From the NCBI GenBank assembly GCA_027858315.1, contig JAQICV010000077.1, forward strand, positions 6,186-70,185: a stretch of 64,000 nt of DNA, in the 5' to 3' direction. A program made the position numbers and the translations under genes. The first letter of the stretch is position 1; each line of letters begins with the position of its first letter. This stretch comes from Candidatus Woesearchaeota archaeon (GTDB lineage: Archaea > Nanobdellota > Nanobdellia > Woesearchaeales > UBA583). Positions 31,320-40,397 of the stretch are shown piece by piece. Under the pieces are notes generated by a model, which did not search any database, was not told the DNA's origin, and saw only the letters and a program-made list of their open reading frames with translations.

Positions 31320-31459
31320 ATTTTACTTTGTCTTAGAGAATTTATAAAGATTTAGTAATTATGGCCTGGCCTTAACTTTATAAAGTAAAATTCATTATAT
31401 ATTATATATGAGGTCACAAATTGTAAAAATTTGCTTGACACTTTTTTAATGAATAAAAA

Positions 31460-31870
31460 ATGGATGATAAAAAATACGAAGAACTTTTAGATAAAGCCTA
31501 TTCTGAATTACCTGAAGTTCTATATAAAAAAGGAAGATTTGAATTGCCAACAGTTAAAGGTAAATTAATCAGATCAAGAACTGTGATTACTAATTTTAAA
31601 GATATTGCTCAAAAATTCTCAAGAGAAGATGACCATTTGACCAAATATTTCTTAAGAGAAGCTGGAGTTAGAGGAGAATTAGATGCTAGAGGAAATTTGA
31701 CACTACATTCAAGATTTCAACCTGCAGGATTAAATAATATTGTTTCAAGATATTTTGATAATTTTGTAGAATGCCCACATTGTAGAAGCCCAGATACAGC
31801 TCTTGAGAAAGAAGGTTCAATGCTTGTATGTAAAGCTTGTGGACATCAAGAGAAAAAATCTAAATTATAA
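31460..31870 (+). CDS. Translation initiation factor aIF-2 beta
   Basis: YEELLDKAY, RFELP, TVITNF, zinc ribbon CPHC.SPDT...CKACG. Confidence 0.92.
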   Translation: MDDKKYEELLDKAYSELPEVLYKKGRFELPTVKGKLIRSRTVITNFKDIAQKFSREDDHLTKYFLREAGVRGELDARGNLTLHSRFQPAGLNNIVSRYFDNFVECPHCRSPDTALEKEGSMLVCKACGHQEKKSKL

Positions 31871-31882
31871 TCTTTTCTAAAA

Positions 31883-32182
31883 ATGAGCGAAGTACAAAAT
31901 CTAATTACGAAGGAAAAACTTGAGAAGTATTTTGATATTACAGGTAGAGCTCTTAAAAAATTAAAACTAGCCTGCCCTGATAAGACTCATTTAGATAAAA
32001 TTGCTAAAGATTATCTTAATATGGCTCAAACCTATTTTAACGATGCAAAACACTTTGAAGAACAAAGTGATTGGATTAATGCATTTGCTGCTCTGAATTA
32101 TGCTCACGGATGGTTAGATGCAGGTGCTAGACTTGGAGTATTTGATGTCGAACACGATTCAGTTCTTTTTACTGTTGATTGA
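31883..32182 (+). CDS. DUF357 family protein
   Basis: YFNDAKHF, A.NYAHGWLDAGARLG. Confidence 0.85.
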   Translation: MSEVQNLITKEKLEKYFDITGRALKKLKLACPDKTHLDKIAKDYLNMAQTYFNDAKHFEEQSDWINAFAALNYAHGWLDAGARLGVFDVEHDSVLFTVD

Positions 32183-32282
32183 GTGAGATATCAAATTTAG
32201 ATGCTTTGTGTTAGCAAAGTTCCGAACGAATTTTATGAGTGACTGAATTGAACATGATTCAGTATTATTTACTGTTGATTAA
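32150..32282. repeat. 33-bp duplication of the DUF357 3' end flanking a 67-bp insert with the CAGTCAC motif
   Basis: 32150-32182 vs 32250-32282; both encode EHDSVLFTVD*. Confidence 0.85.
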
Positions 32283-33700
32283 TCTTTTAATTTATCAGTA
32301 TTAAAGTGTAATTTTTGAACTAATTCACGATTAATAAAAATCCCTTCTAAGATTTCCCTTCTTTTTTCATAATTCACATCAATTAAAGTTTTTCCATTAA
32401 GATATAGTATATCAAATGCCTTTACTACTACATTGATATGTGATACTACTGAGATTTCTTTTGTCAAAATTCTTCTTGATAGAATTTGAAATTCTAAAAA
32501 CTCTTCTTTGTCAAAGTCATACCCAACACATTCAGTATCTAATACGAAACTTAGGTCTGAAAAATTATCTTTTATGAATTCAACAACTTCAGGAAATTGT
32601 TTAGTTATATTATCTAAGTTTCTTGAAAATAATTCTATTTCCCCTTTTTTGTTGTGTATCTGAACTCTTAATCCATCATATTTATAGTCTAAAAATGCAG
32701 GAGTCCCAGTAAGTTCTAAACTTTCTTTAATTGTATTCTTTCTTGTTCCAAGCATACTTTTAATTGGATTTCCTAAAATAATCTCAAAATTTAAAATATT
32801 TAAAATGTCGTCATCAAGTTCTCTTAGTAATTTTCTAAATGAGTTTAATAGATTGTATTTTTTTTCAAAATATTGTGTGAATGCGTTATACACTTCTCTT
32901 GGATTTGAAGATTTTAGTATTTGTTTTTCCTTATTTCTCCTTAGAGCAAATTCTATCGGTTTTATTTCATATTCAATGTCATAATCAAGTAAGCTTGTTT
33001 CTTTTTTTGGCGTTTCAAGTTCAACGATTTGGTATTTTCTTTGCGCTAATTCATCTTGTTCTTTTAAGTCTAGTTTAGTTTTACATTTTAAACAATTTGA
33101 TAAATTTAAATTCACATATAGGCATTTAGGACATATCAAATGAATCCCAAGAATATTTGGAAAATATGCATTAACTGCAGCTTCTCTTAGAACTCCTTCT
33201 GATACCCCAATCCTTAAATCATCAATTAATAGTCTTGAAAGATATTTGTATTCAACATCAGAATTAGCGTATAAGTATAAATTACTCAAAATCTCTTTTT
33301 TCTTTTTATTGCTGTTTGTTCCACTAATTGATGCTATTTCATCTAAAGATTTGTTAATGAATTCAATTGTTAATTTTTTACTTAGTAAACTTTGTTGATA
33401 TTTTTCTTTTAAAACTTCTACACTAACTGAACCTAAATCTCCAAGTTTGTTGAACTTTTTTTCAACGCCTCTCTCACTAGTTTTGGAAATAGAACTAATA
33501 ACTGAAAATATTGTCTTTAATGAAATTCCTAGATTTTTCTTATTAATTTCTCTTTGATAATTTTTTGCTAAGATGTCAAATACGATTTTTGCATCTTTTT
33601 TATTTTCAAGCAAAAAATCTCTTAGAATTAAGACTTTCTCTAATCTTTTAGATCTTTTATCTAAATTTTCAAAAAGCTTTGCAATCTCTAAAAACTCCAT
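32279..33700 (-). CDS. lig: ATP-dependent DNA ligase, N-terminal part (DBD plus partial adenylation domain); lacks motifs IV-VI and OB fold
   Basis: LRIGVSE, KYDGLR (motif I), LDTECV, FDILYLNG; ends before EGxMxK; CPKC...CLKC insertion. Confidence 0.85.
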   Translation of the reverse strand: MEFLEIAKLFENLDKRSKRLEKVLILRDFLLENKKDAKIVFDILAKNYQREINKKNLGISLKTIFSVISSISKTSERGVEKKFNKLGDLGSVSVEVLKEKYQQSLLSKKLTIEFINKSLDEIASISGTNSNKKKKEILSNLYLYANSDVEYKYLSRLLIDDLRIGVSEGVLREAAVNAYFPNILGIHLICPKCLYVNLNLSNCLKCKTKLDLKEQDELAQRKYQIVELETPKKETSLLDYDIEYEIKPIEFALRRNKEKQILKSSNPREVYNAFTQYFEKKYNLLNSFRKLLRELDDDILNILNFEIILGNPIKSMLGTRKNTIKESLELTGTPAFLDYKYDGLRVQIHNKKGEIELFSRNLDNITKQFPEVVEFIKDNFSDLSFVLDTECVGYDFDKEEFLEFQILSRRILTKEISVVSHINVVVKAFDILYLNGKTLIDVNYEKRREILEGIFINRELVQKLHFNTDKLKD

Positions 33701-33875
33701 ACTTAATATATTTGAAAGATTATAACTTTATAAATATATAGCCAGTAATTTAATTAAAAATTACTTTGATACAATTTCAAATTAAAAATATTTGAAATAA
33801 TTTTAGTTAATGTCTTTTGTTATCCTTTTTATTCTAAAAGAAACATTTATAAAACTTAAAATTAAATATTTTCTT

Positions 33876-34355
33876 ATGGTATTTGACAAGATCAGAGAAG
33901 CGTTCTCTAAAACAGATGAAAAGTATGAAATATTATATTACAAATACTCTCAAATCAAGATGGAGAACATCAAATTAAAGGAGAAGCATACAAAGGAGAT
34001 GCAACATCATAAAGAAAAAGTACATGAGATTATGGCAAAACATTTAATTAATCTTTATGAAGATGTTGAGACTGCAAAATCAGATAGTTTCAAAGTAAAG
34101 GCATCAGATAAAGAGACTCAAAGACTTTTAATTAGTTTAAATAAAGTAGAAAAAGATATGAAATCTGTAATGACTAATTTTTCAATTGAAACTTATGATG
34201 CTGAAGATAGGATGTTTGATCCAGAATTGCACGAAATAGCTTCTTATCAAGATGCTAAAGGAATGAAGAAAGGAATAATTATTAATACAGTAAAAAAAGG
34301 TTTCAAATATAGAAATAATATTATTAAAAAACCGAAAGTTCTTGTTACAAAATAA
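33876..34355 (+). CDS. grpE: Nucleotide exchange factor GrpE
   Basis: FDPELHE, KKGFKY...IIKKPKVLV; start ATG 33876 after a TATA box. Confidence 0.8.
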   Translation: MVFDKIREAFSKTDEKYEILYYKYSQIKMENIKLKEKHTKEMQHHKEKVHEIMAKHLINLYEDVETAKSDSFKVKASDKETQRLLISLNKVEKDMKSVMTNFSIETYDAEDRMFDPELHEIASYQDAKGMKKGIIINTVKKGFKYRNNIIKKPKVLVTK

Positions 34356-34457
34356 AAATCTTGAAAAAGATTTTTAGTTATTTTCTTGGAAAATAAAATA
34401 AAAATTTAATATTGCTTTTATCCTAAAGTATTTAAAGTTTTGAATTCTGAAATTTCT

Positions 34458-34955
34458 ATGAAGCAAGTTATTTTAATAGGCCCTAGAGGAGTTGGTAAAA
34501 CATCAATAGGTATTGAACTTGCAAAATTACTAGAAATTGAATTTATTAATATTGATACTTATATTCACCAAAATTTGATATTTCCTGCAAAGGATATCTA
34601 TACAAAAGAAGAATTTGAGAAAAAACAAGAAATTGAATTTAATGTTTTAAAAGATTTTATATACTCCAAAAAAGAAGTAGTTATTTCTAATGGAGCAGGA
34701 CTTCTTCAAAATCAAACTTCAAAAAGACTCATTGAAATTAAAGAAGTTTTAAAAGAGAAAAATGTTATACTATTGTTTCCTTATACTAATTTTATGTTGT
34801 CTAAAATAATCTTAGAGAAGAGAACAAAACAAAAACTAAAGATTATTGATATTGAAACTTCATTTCTACTTCATAAAAAATTTACAAAAAAAATATTCTT
34901 TACTAAAAATTTAAATATTAAAGAGATTGCTAAAGAACTATTAAAAATTATTTGA
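34458..34955 (+). CDS. Shikimate kinase-like P-loop kinase
   Basis: LIGPRGVGKTSIG..LA, ID, VISNGAG. Confidence 0.7.
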   Translation: MKQVILIGPRGVGKTSIGIELAKLLEIEFINIDTYIHQNLIFPAKDIYTKEEFEKKQEIEFNVLKDFIYSKKEVVISNGAGLLQNQTSKRLIEIKEVLKEKNVILLFPYTNFMLSKIILEKRTKQKLKIIDIETSFLLHKKFTKKIFFTKNLNIKEIAKELLKII

Positions 34956-34961
34956 AGAAAT

Positions 34962-35636
34962 TTAAAGATAATCTAAACTCTCAACAATATTTTGAATTTC
35001 TACTGTTGAACTCATCGTACCAATAATTAAACCAAAACTATTCCCTACTACTCCTGATGCAATGTAATAACTTCCTTGATTTATTGTTCCAACTCCACCA
35101 ATTTCTTTTAGAATAGGTTTAACTTGATCTTCTTCATATTCTTGAGAGAAGAAGTATTTATTATTCATAAATCTACATGTAGCTCCAATTGATTTGAATA
35201 TAGGATTTTCAATTCGAATGATTTTGTATTTAGTTTGTTTCTTGATTTCAGATTCAAACTCTTCTGAGTATTCAAAATTAATTAAAATTTTTCCATTACC
35301 TACACAAATATTGCTTCCATAAGTGTTTTGTAAGTCTTTAATTACAATTAATTTTACTTCATGAGTTTTACAGATTTCTTCTAATTCTTTTTGTTCATAT
35401 TCATACATTGAAGGAACTATTAAAATTTCAGTATTTCCTGAAATAAATAGGCCAATTAATTCAGTTCCTAAAACTGATACAGTGTACACAGGCACATTAA
35501 AAGTTTTTTCTATTTCTTTCTTTTTTTCATCAGAAATCTCATGTCCAATTAAACAAAATTTGTCATTAACAAACATATAAATACCAATATTTGGGTTTCC
35601 ACCAAAATCCATTAAATTAACATTTTTTTTAACCAT
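34962..35636 (-). CDS. Translation initiation factor aIF-6
   Basis: GNPNIG, GTELIG, GTINQGS...SGVVGNSFG. Confidence 0.88.
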   Translation of the reverse strand: MVKKNVNLMDFGGNPNIGIYMFVNDKFCLIGHEISDEKKKEIEKTFNVPVYTVSVLGTELIGLFISGNTEILIVPSMYEYEQKELEEICKTHEVKLIVIKDLQNTYGSNICVGNGKILINFEYSEEFESEIKKQTKYKIIRIENPIFKSIGATCRFMNNKYFFSQEYEEDQVKPILKEIGGVGTINQGSYYIASGVVGNSFGLIIGTMSSTVEIQNIVESLDYL

Positions 35637-35731
35637 TTTTTAATTTTATATATTAATAAGAATAAATATGAATTAATAAACTTGATTATTATAATCATAA
35701 TCTTTATTAACAATTAAATATAATAATAATT

Positions 35732-36208
35732 ATGGGTACATGTGAGCTTTGTGGGAAAATTGTAGACACGACTACAACTGTTAAAGTTGCTGGTTCTAAT
35801 ATGCAAGCTTGTGGCAAGTGTAAAGCGCTTGGTTCTGAGGTTAATAGGGAAAGTCCAGCATCTCTTTCCCATTCATTTAGGAAGAGAACAAAAGAAGGAA
35901 GTGTTGAAATGGAAGTTATTTCTAATTATGCTCCAGTTATTAATTCTGCACTTGCAAAGAAAGGTTTAAATATACATCAATTGGCTAGGATGTTAAATAT
36001 TAAAGAGAGTACTTTGAATAAATATTTTACAGGAAAGATCAAACCTGATGTTACTGTAGCTAGAAGACTTGAAACTTTTTTTGAAATTACAATATTAGAA
36101 TACAGAGAAGCTCAAGATTTAGGTGATGTAATGGTAAATGAGGAATTAGACAATAAACCTATGAGTCTAGGTGATATGATTAAGAAACAAATGGAGAATA
36201 AGAAATAA
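35732..36208 (+). CDS. Archaeal multiprotein bridging factor aMBF1
   Basis: CELCG...CGKC zinc ribbon plus Cro-type HTH, SLGD tail. Confidence 0.88.
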   Translation: MGTCELCGKIVDTTTTVKVAGSNMQACGKCKALGSEVNRESPASLSHSFRKRTKEGSVEMEVISNYAPVINSALAKKGLNIHQLARMLNIKESTLNKYFTGKIKPDVTVARRLETFFEITILEYREAQDLGDVMVNEELDNKPMSLGDMIKKQMENKK

Positions 36209-36211
36209 ATA

Positions 36212-37276
36212 ATGGCTTTTGATTTAATTACAATTATAAATTACCAGGTTGGTTTGAATGAAGTTTGGAGATATCTAGTTTTTTTAATAGCTCTATTAAT
36301 GACATATCCTTTAGGAAAACTTATCATATATATTTTACAAAATTATTTAAAGAAATGGGCTACCAAAACTGCTTTTAAACTTGATGATATATTTTTCAAC
36401 AGTATTAATCCTTCAATTACGATGTTTGTATTTGCAGGACTATTTTATTTTGGTTCTAGTGTTTTAAATCAAGGTCAATATGCACCAGTCTTCACAAAAG
36501 CATTCAATTTTTTCATTATAGTTCCTCTAGTTTATTTCTTAATTAAGTTTTCAACAGAGATGATTGGATTTTATTTGAAAAGCGATAAGAAAAGAATCAA
36601 TGAAGCAGGAATTGATTTGCTTATGCAAATTGTAAGAATTACATTATTTTTAATTGGTATATTGTTAGTACTTGGAAATTTGGGATATAATGTTTCAGCA
36701 GGATTAGCAGGACTAGGTGTAGGAGGTTTGGCATTTGCTCTTGCAGCTCAAGATATTCTAAAAAACTTCTTTGCAGGAGTCTCTTTAGTATTTGATAAAA
36801 CTTTCAATAAAGGAGAGAGAATTCAATTTCAAGGAGTTACTGGAAAGATTGAAGAGTTAAAATTAAGATCTACAAAGGTTCGAACTTATGATGGAACTTT
36901 AATGACTATTCCTAATGCAATGCTTGCTGATAATATGGTTGAGAATGTAACAAAAGTTCCAAAAGTTAAAGTTAAAATGACAATTGGAGTTGAGTATTCA
37001 ACTTCTGCAACTAAATTAGAAGAAGCTAAAAAGATTATTCAAGAAGCAATTGACTCAAATGAATATGCAGATGCTGGAAATCATGATGTTTGGTTTGATA
37101 ACTTTGGAGCATACTCATTAGATCTTCAAGTAATCTATTATGGAAAACTAACTATGGATGATTGGAGTAAAAGAGTACAATTCAAAGATGAAATTAATTT
37201 TGCAATTAAGAAAGGATTTGAAAAAGCAAAAATCAGTATGGCATTCCCAACTCAAACAATTGAGTTGAAAAAATAA
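36212..37276 (+). CDS. Small-conductance mechanosensitive channel (MscS family)
   Basis: AGLGVGGLAFALAAQD..NFF.G, LRST, IPN, AFPT. Confidence 0.93.
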   Translation: MAFDLITIINYQVGLNEVWRYLVFLIALLMTYPLGKLIIYILQNYLKKWATKTAFKLDDIFFNSINPSITMFVFAGLFYFGSSVLNQGQYAPVFTKAFNFFIIVPLVYFLIKFSTEMIGFYLKSDKKRINEAGIDLLMQIVRITLFLIGILLVLGNLGYNVSAGLAGLGVGGLAFALAAQDILKNFFAGVSLVFDKTFNKGERIQFQGVTGKIEELKLRSTKVRTYDGTLMTIPNAMLADNMVENVTKVPKVKVKMTIGVEYSTSATKLEEAKKIIQEAIDSNEYADAGNHDVWFDNFGAYSLDLQVIYYGKLTMDDWSKRVQFKDEINFAIKKGFEKAKISMAFPTQTIELKK

Positions 37277-37321
37277 AATAAAAATATTTATAAACTCCAT
37301 ATCATTATTTTATATATTCAA

Positions 37322-37393
37322 GCTCCTGTAGTACAATGGCTAGTATCCCGGCCTTCCAAGCCGGTGATCTGGGTTCGAATCCCAGCAGGTGCA
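37322..37393 (+). tRNA. tRNA-Gly(TCC)
   Basis: CCGGC-CTTCCAA-GCCGG, GGTTCGAATCC; U3:U70 mismatch in the acceptor stem. Confidence 0.92.
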
Positions 37394-37562
37394 CTCAAAT
37401 ACGAGATTTGGTGAATAGGGAGTAGAAATTTGCGAAACCTTCCGAATCTTAATTTTAAATAATTCTGAACAAAATGTCAACTTTGAAAGTTTACTATTTT
37501 AGAAAATTGAATTTTTACTTAGAATAATAATAATACTATCAATAGAGATAGAATAAATATAT

Positions 37563-38105
37563 TTAGATTTTTTTATTATATCTTAAAATGATGACTCCTT
37601 CTTTTAGTGTAGATTCTTCTAGGTGTAATTTTATTGTAAGATTATTTTCTAAAAATAATTTCCTACCACTTCCTAAAATAATTGGAATAATGCCTAGAAT
37701 ATATTCATCTATAATATTTGCTTTAATAAATGAATCCGTTAATCTTGCTCCACCATATAACCAAATATCTTTGCCTTCTCCTTTTTTTAATTCTAATATC
37801 TTATTACAAATATCTTTTGATATAAATTTAACATCTTTAAGTTTTGATTTCAATTGTTTAGATGTTGCAACATATACTTTTTTACCATTGAACATTCTAA
37901 TTGATTCTTCAGGAATATCTTAATATGCTTTTCTCCCCATAACTACAATATCAATAGAATCGAAAAAAATTTCAAAATTAAATTGATTTTTTGTATCATG
38001 ACTTTTATCTGAATCTCTAACTATCCAATCAAAGCTCCCATCTTCTCTTGAAATATAACCATCTAAACTAATAGCTAAATTTAAAATTATTTTTCTTTTT
38101 GTCAT
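37563..38105 (-). pseudogene. DHFR/RibD-C paralog of 20604..21140 with GAA->TAA nonsense at 37920-37922
   Basis: Co-linear with the paralog on both sides: GRKAY-*-DIPEES vs GRKAY-E-DIPEES. Confidence 0.85.
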
Positions 38106-38164
38106 ATATAAACAATAAAAATCACAATTAAATTAATTATTGTTTGTTCTAGAAAAATATTAAG

Positions 38165-38239
38165 CCCTCTGGCCGGGATTTGAACCCGGGTCACAGCCTT
38201 GAGAGGGCTGCATGATTGGCCGAACTACACTACCAGAGG
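38165..38239 (-). tRNA. tRNA-Glu(CTC)
   Basis: CCTCTGG...CCAGAGG-G, CAGCC-CTCTCAA-GGCTG, GGTTCAAATCC. Confidence 0.95.
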
Positions 38240-38293
38240 ATTACTTATACTTTATAAGAATTATAAGAGGTTTTTAAAGATTTTGATTGAAAA

Positions 38294-38950
38294 TTACCTA
38301 AAATAAGAATGAATTAATTCATATATCTTTCCTTTTAATTTGAAACAAGTATTTATATCATTTTCAAGATTTTTCTGATAAAACCTATCTAAATATACTT
38401 TTTTTAAAAAAGGACTTCCTTTTACAAAGGGAATTTTATCTAGATAATTTTTATTAACTGTATTTTTATATTCCATCTTATTTCTAAATTCCCATTTTCC
38501 AATTTGTGTTTTGATTTTATTATTGTTTTTATCTAAAAATTCAACATCTTTCATATCTCTTACAACTAAATATAGTTCAAATTCCATTGAACCATAATCT
38601 GATTCAGGAAGATTTTTTTTGAATTTCCATTTAAATTCGAATTCTTTTGCCCACCCTCTCTCAACGACAACATGTTCAACTTCAAACATATCTGAATTTC
38701 TATTTATTCGCTCTTTATTATCTACCCATTCTCCTGCTTTTACTAAATAATCTCCATCAGGACTCCATACATCAGTGAATTTTAAATTTACAAGTAAGTC
38801 ATGAAGATCATTGTAAAATTTTTTAATATCTACTTTTTTTGAAAAAACTTCTGTTGCAGGTTTAAATAACAGACTTTTTTTATCTCCTAGAACTTCATTA
38901 ATTATATTAGTAGTAGTAGTCCCACCCCTTAAATAATTGTCATCACCCAT
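38294..38950 (-). CDS. Hypothetical protein
   Basis: Long ORF with TATA-like element upstream; no family recognised. Confidence 0.6.
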   Translation of the reverse strand: MGDDNYLRGGTTTTNIINEVLGDKKSLLFKPATEVFSKKVDIKKFYNDLHDLLVNLKFTDVWSPDGDYLVKAGEWVDNKERINRNSDMFEVEHVVVERGWAKEFEFKWKFKKNLPESDYGSMEFELYLVVRDMKDVEFLDKNNNKIKTQIGKWEFRNKMEYKNTVNKNYLDKIPFVKGSPFLKKVYLDRFYQKNLENDINTCFKLKGKIYELIHSYFR

Positions 38951-39012
38951 ATATCTATAATTTAAACAAGAAAAGAAGTTTTTAAATCTTTCTTTTCATT
39001 AAATAAGAAAAT

Positions 39013-39549
39013 TTAAAGATTTTTATCAATCATTATATCATTTGGTTTAACATAACTTAGAAGAATTCTTAAATTTTTTAGAAATAACTCAATGTCCTCT
39101 AATTTAGTTTCAATTGAAGAATTTGGTTGAGTTATTTGCTTTTCTAATTTTGAATTTATATTTTTTAGCTCAATTGAAATTAATTCAATATTAGAGTCAG
39201 ACGAATGATCTAGCATATCTTTCATAGATTCAACAAGTCCTGAGAGTGATCCTATCATCCCCTCTAATCTATCATCTAGGCTCTGAGTTTTAGTTACAAG
39301 ATTATCTAATGTTGATTTATTTAAATCTTTTATATCATCTAAATGGTTAATTATTGTTTCTCGTTCTTTTTTTGATTCTTCATTTATTACTTGAATTATT
39401 TGAGAAAGAAGTTTTGTATCTGGTTGAGCTTGTTTTTGAGGAACGAGAGTTTTTTGTTTTAAGAGATCATTTTCTTTTTTCAATTTAGAATTTTCTTCCT
39501 TTAAATCTCTAATTGAACTCTTTGCTACTAACTCATATTCGTCATCCAT
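39013..39549 (-). CDS. Coiled-coil hypothetical protein
   Basis: Heptad-rich sequence. Confidence 0.6.
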   Translation of the reverse strand: MDDEYELVAKSSIRDLKEENSKLKKENDLLKQKTLVPQKQAQPDTKLLSQIIQVINEESKKERETIINHLDDIKDLNKSTLDNLVTKTQSLDDRLEGMIGSLSGLVESMKDMLDHSSDSNIELISIELKNINSKLEKQITQPNSSIETKLEDIELFLKNLRILLSYVKPNDIMIDKNL

Positions 39550-39640
39550 ATGATATTTAAAGTTAATTTTAATATATTAATTTATCACTACTTGAAAATG
39601 TTAGACAATAAAATTAATTGAAATTAATTAAATTTAAGAT

Positions 39641-39892
39641 ATGTTAGATCAAATCATGTTAATTATAGGTATTTCGGGAGTTTTAGTTATTGCTCTAAAT
39701 TTTATTTTAGAGGCAACAAATAGATTAGGAAAAGACCATAAAAGTTTTGCTTTACTTAATGTTTATGGGTCCAGTGCACTTTTCATATATTCTTTATATG
39801 AAAAAGTTTGGTTATTTGTAGTTTTGAATGGATTTTTAATATTTGTTGGATTTTATGGAATTTATCAAGTTTTTAGAAATAAAAAGAAATAA
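39641..39892 (+). CDS. Small 3-TM membrane protein
   Basis: GISG..., LLNVYGS...IYS, FVVLN pattern. Confidence 0.6.
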   Translation: MLDQIMLIIGISGVLVIALNFILEATNRLGKDHKSFALLNVYGSSALFIYSLYEKVWLFVVLNGFLIFVGFYGIYQVFRNKKK

Positions 39893-39894
39893 AT

Positions 39895-40356
39895 TTATTT
39901 TTCATATATCTCAATTAATTTTTTATTTACACTAGAATACTTCTCATTAAACTTAGCAATAATCTCATTTATTCTTACAGTATCAAATTTACCATTAGGT
40001 TTAAAAAAATCAATTATGTCATGAGCTGCATGAATGTTACCCAAATTATCCTTTTCAAATTCAATAGCATTTTCAGTATGTACGAGACTATTTCTCATAT
40101 TGTTTAGAAAGTATAGGTCATCAAATAATTCTCTTGCGATTTTGCCTTCAAGCCACTTCTTTTCATTGTTTATATGTCTAAACAACTTTAGTTTTGAATT
40201 AAAACTAATTATTGAGTTATTGAATAGAATTTGATGATAGAATTGTTCTTGAGTTTTTTGAGGTTTGAGGTGTTTTATTAGGATTTGTTTTAGATAAAAT
40301 TCTACTTGATTAAACTTTAAAATAATTTCACCAATTAATTGTTCTTTTTTTTCCAT
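39895..40356 (-). CDS. Hypothetical protein with HEPN-like Rx4H motif
   Basis: RNSLVH; N-terminal GEIILKF..VE similar to 15234..15722. Confidence 0.5.
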   Translation of the reverse strand: MEKKEQLIGEIILKFNQVEFYLKQILIKHLKPQKTQEQFYHQILFNNSIISFNSKLKLFRHINNEKKWLEGKIARELFDDLYFLNNMRNSLVHTENAIEFEKDNLGNIHAAHDIIDFFKPNGKFDTVRINEIIAKFNEKYSSVNKKLIEIYEK

Positions 40357-40397
40357 GTGTTAGATTAAGAAGTCTTTATTTAATAAGTTAACTAACT

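Noticed and set aside
32150-32282. DGR template/variable repeat pair (also considered for 29228-29375)
   Set aside because: Repeats are only about 30 bp, differences are not confined to adenines (C/T changes) and are mostly synonymous; no RT or Avd in the window.
22692-34377. AAAAATCTT-N4-AAGATTTTT hairpins after rpl10e (about 22693) and grpE (about 34354)
   Set aside because: Short AT-rich stems at gene ends; may be terminators or decayed repeat copies, too weak to call separately.
6560-37922. Global TAA reassignment or suppressor tRNA
   Set aside because: TAA terminates most well-conserved genes here at their expected ends, and all six tRNAs have sense anticodons.
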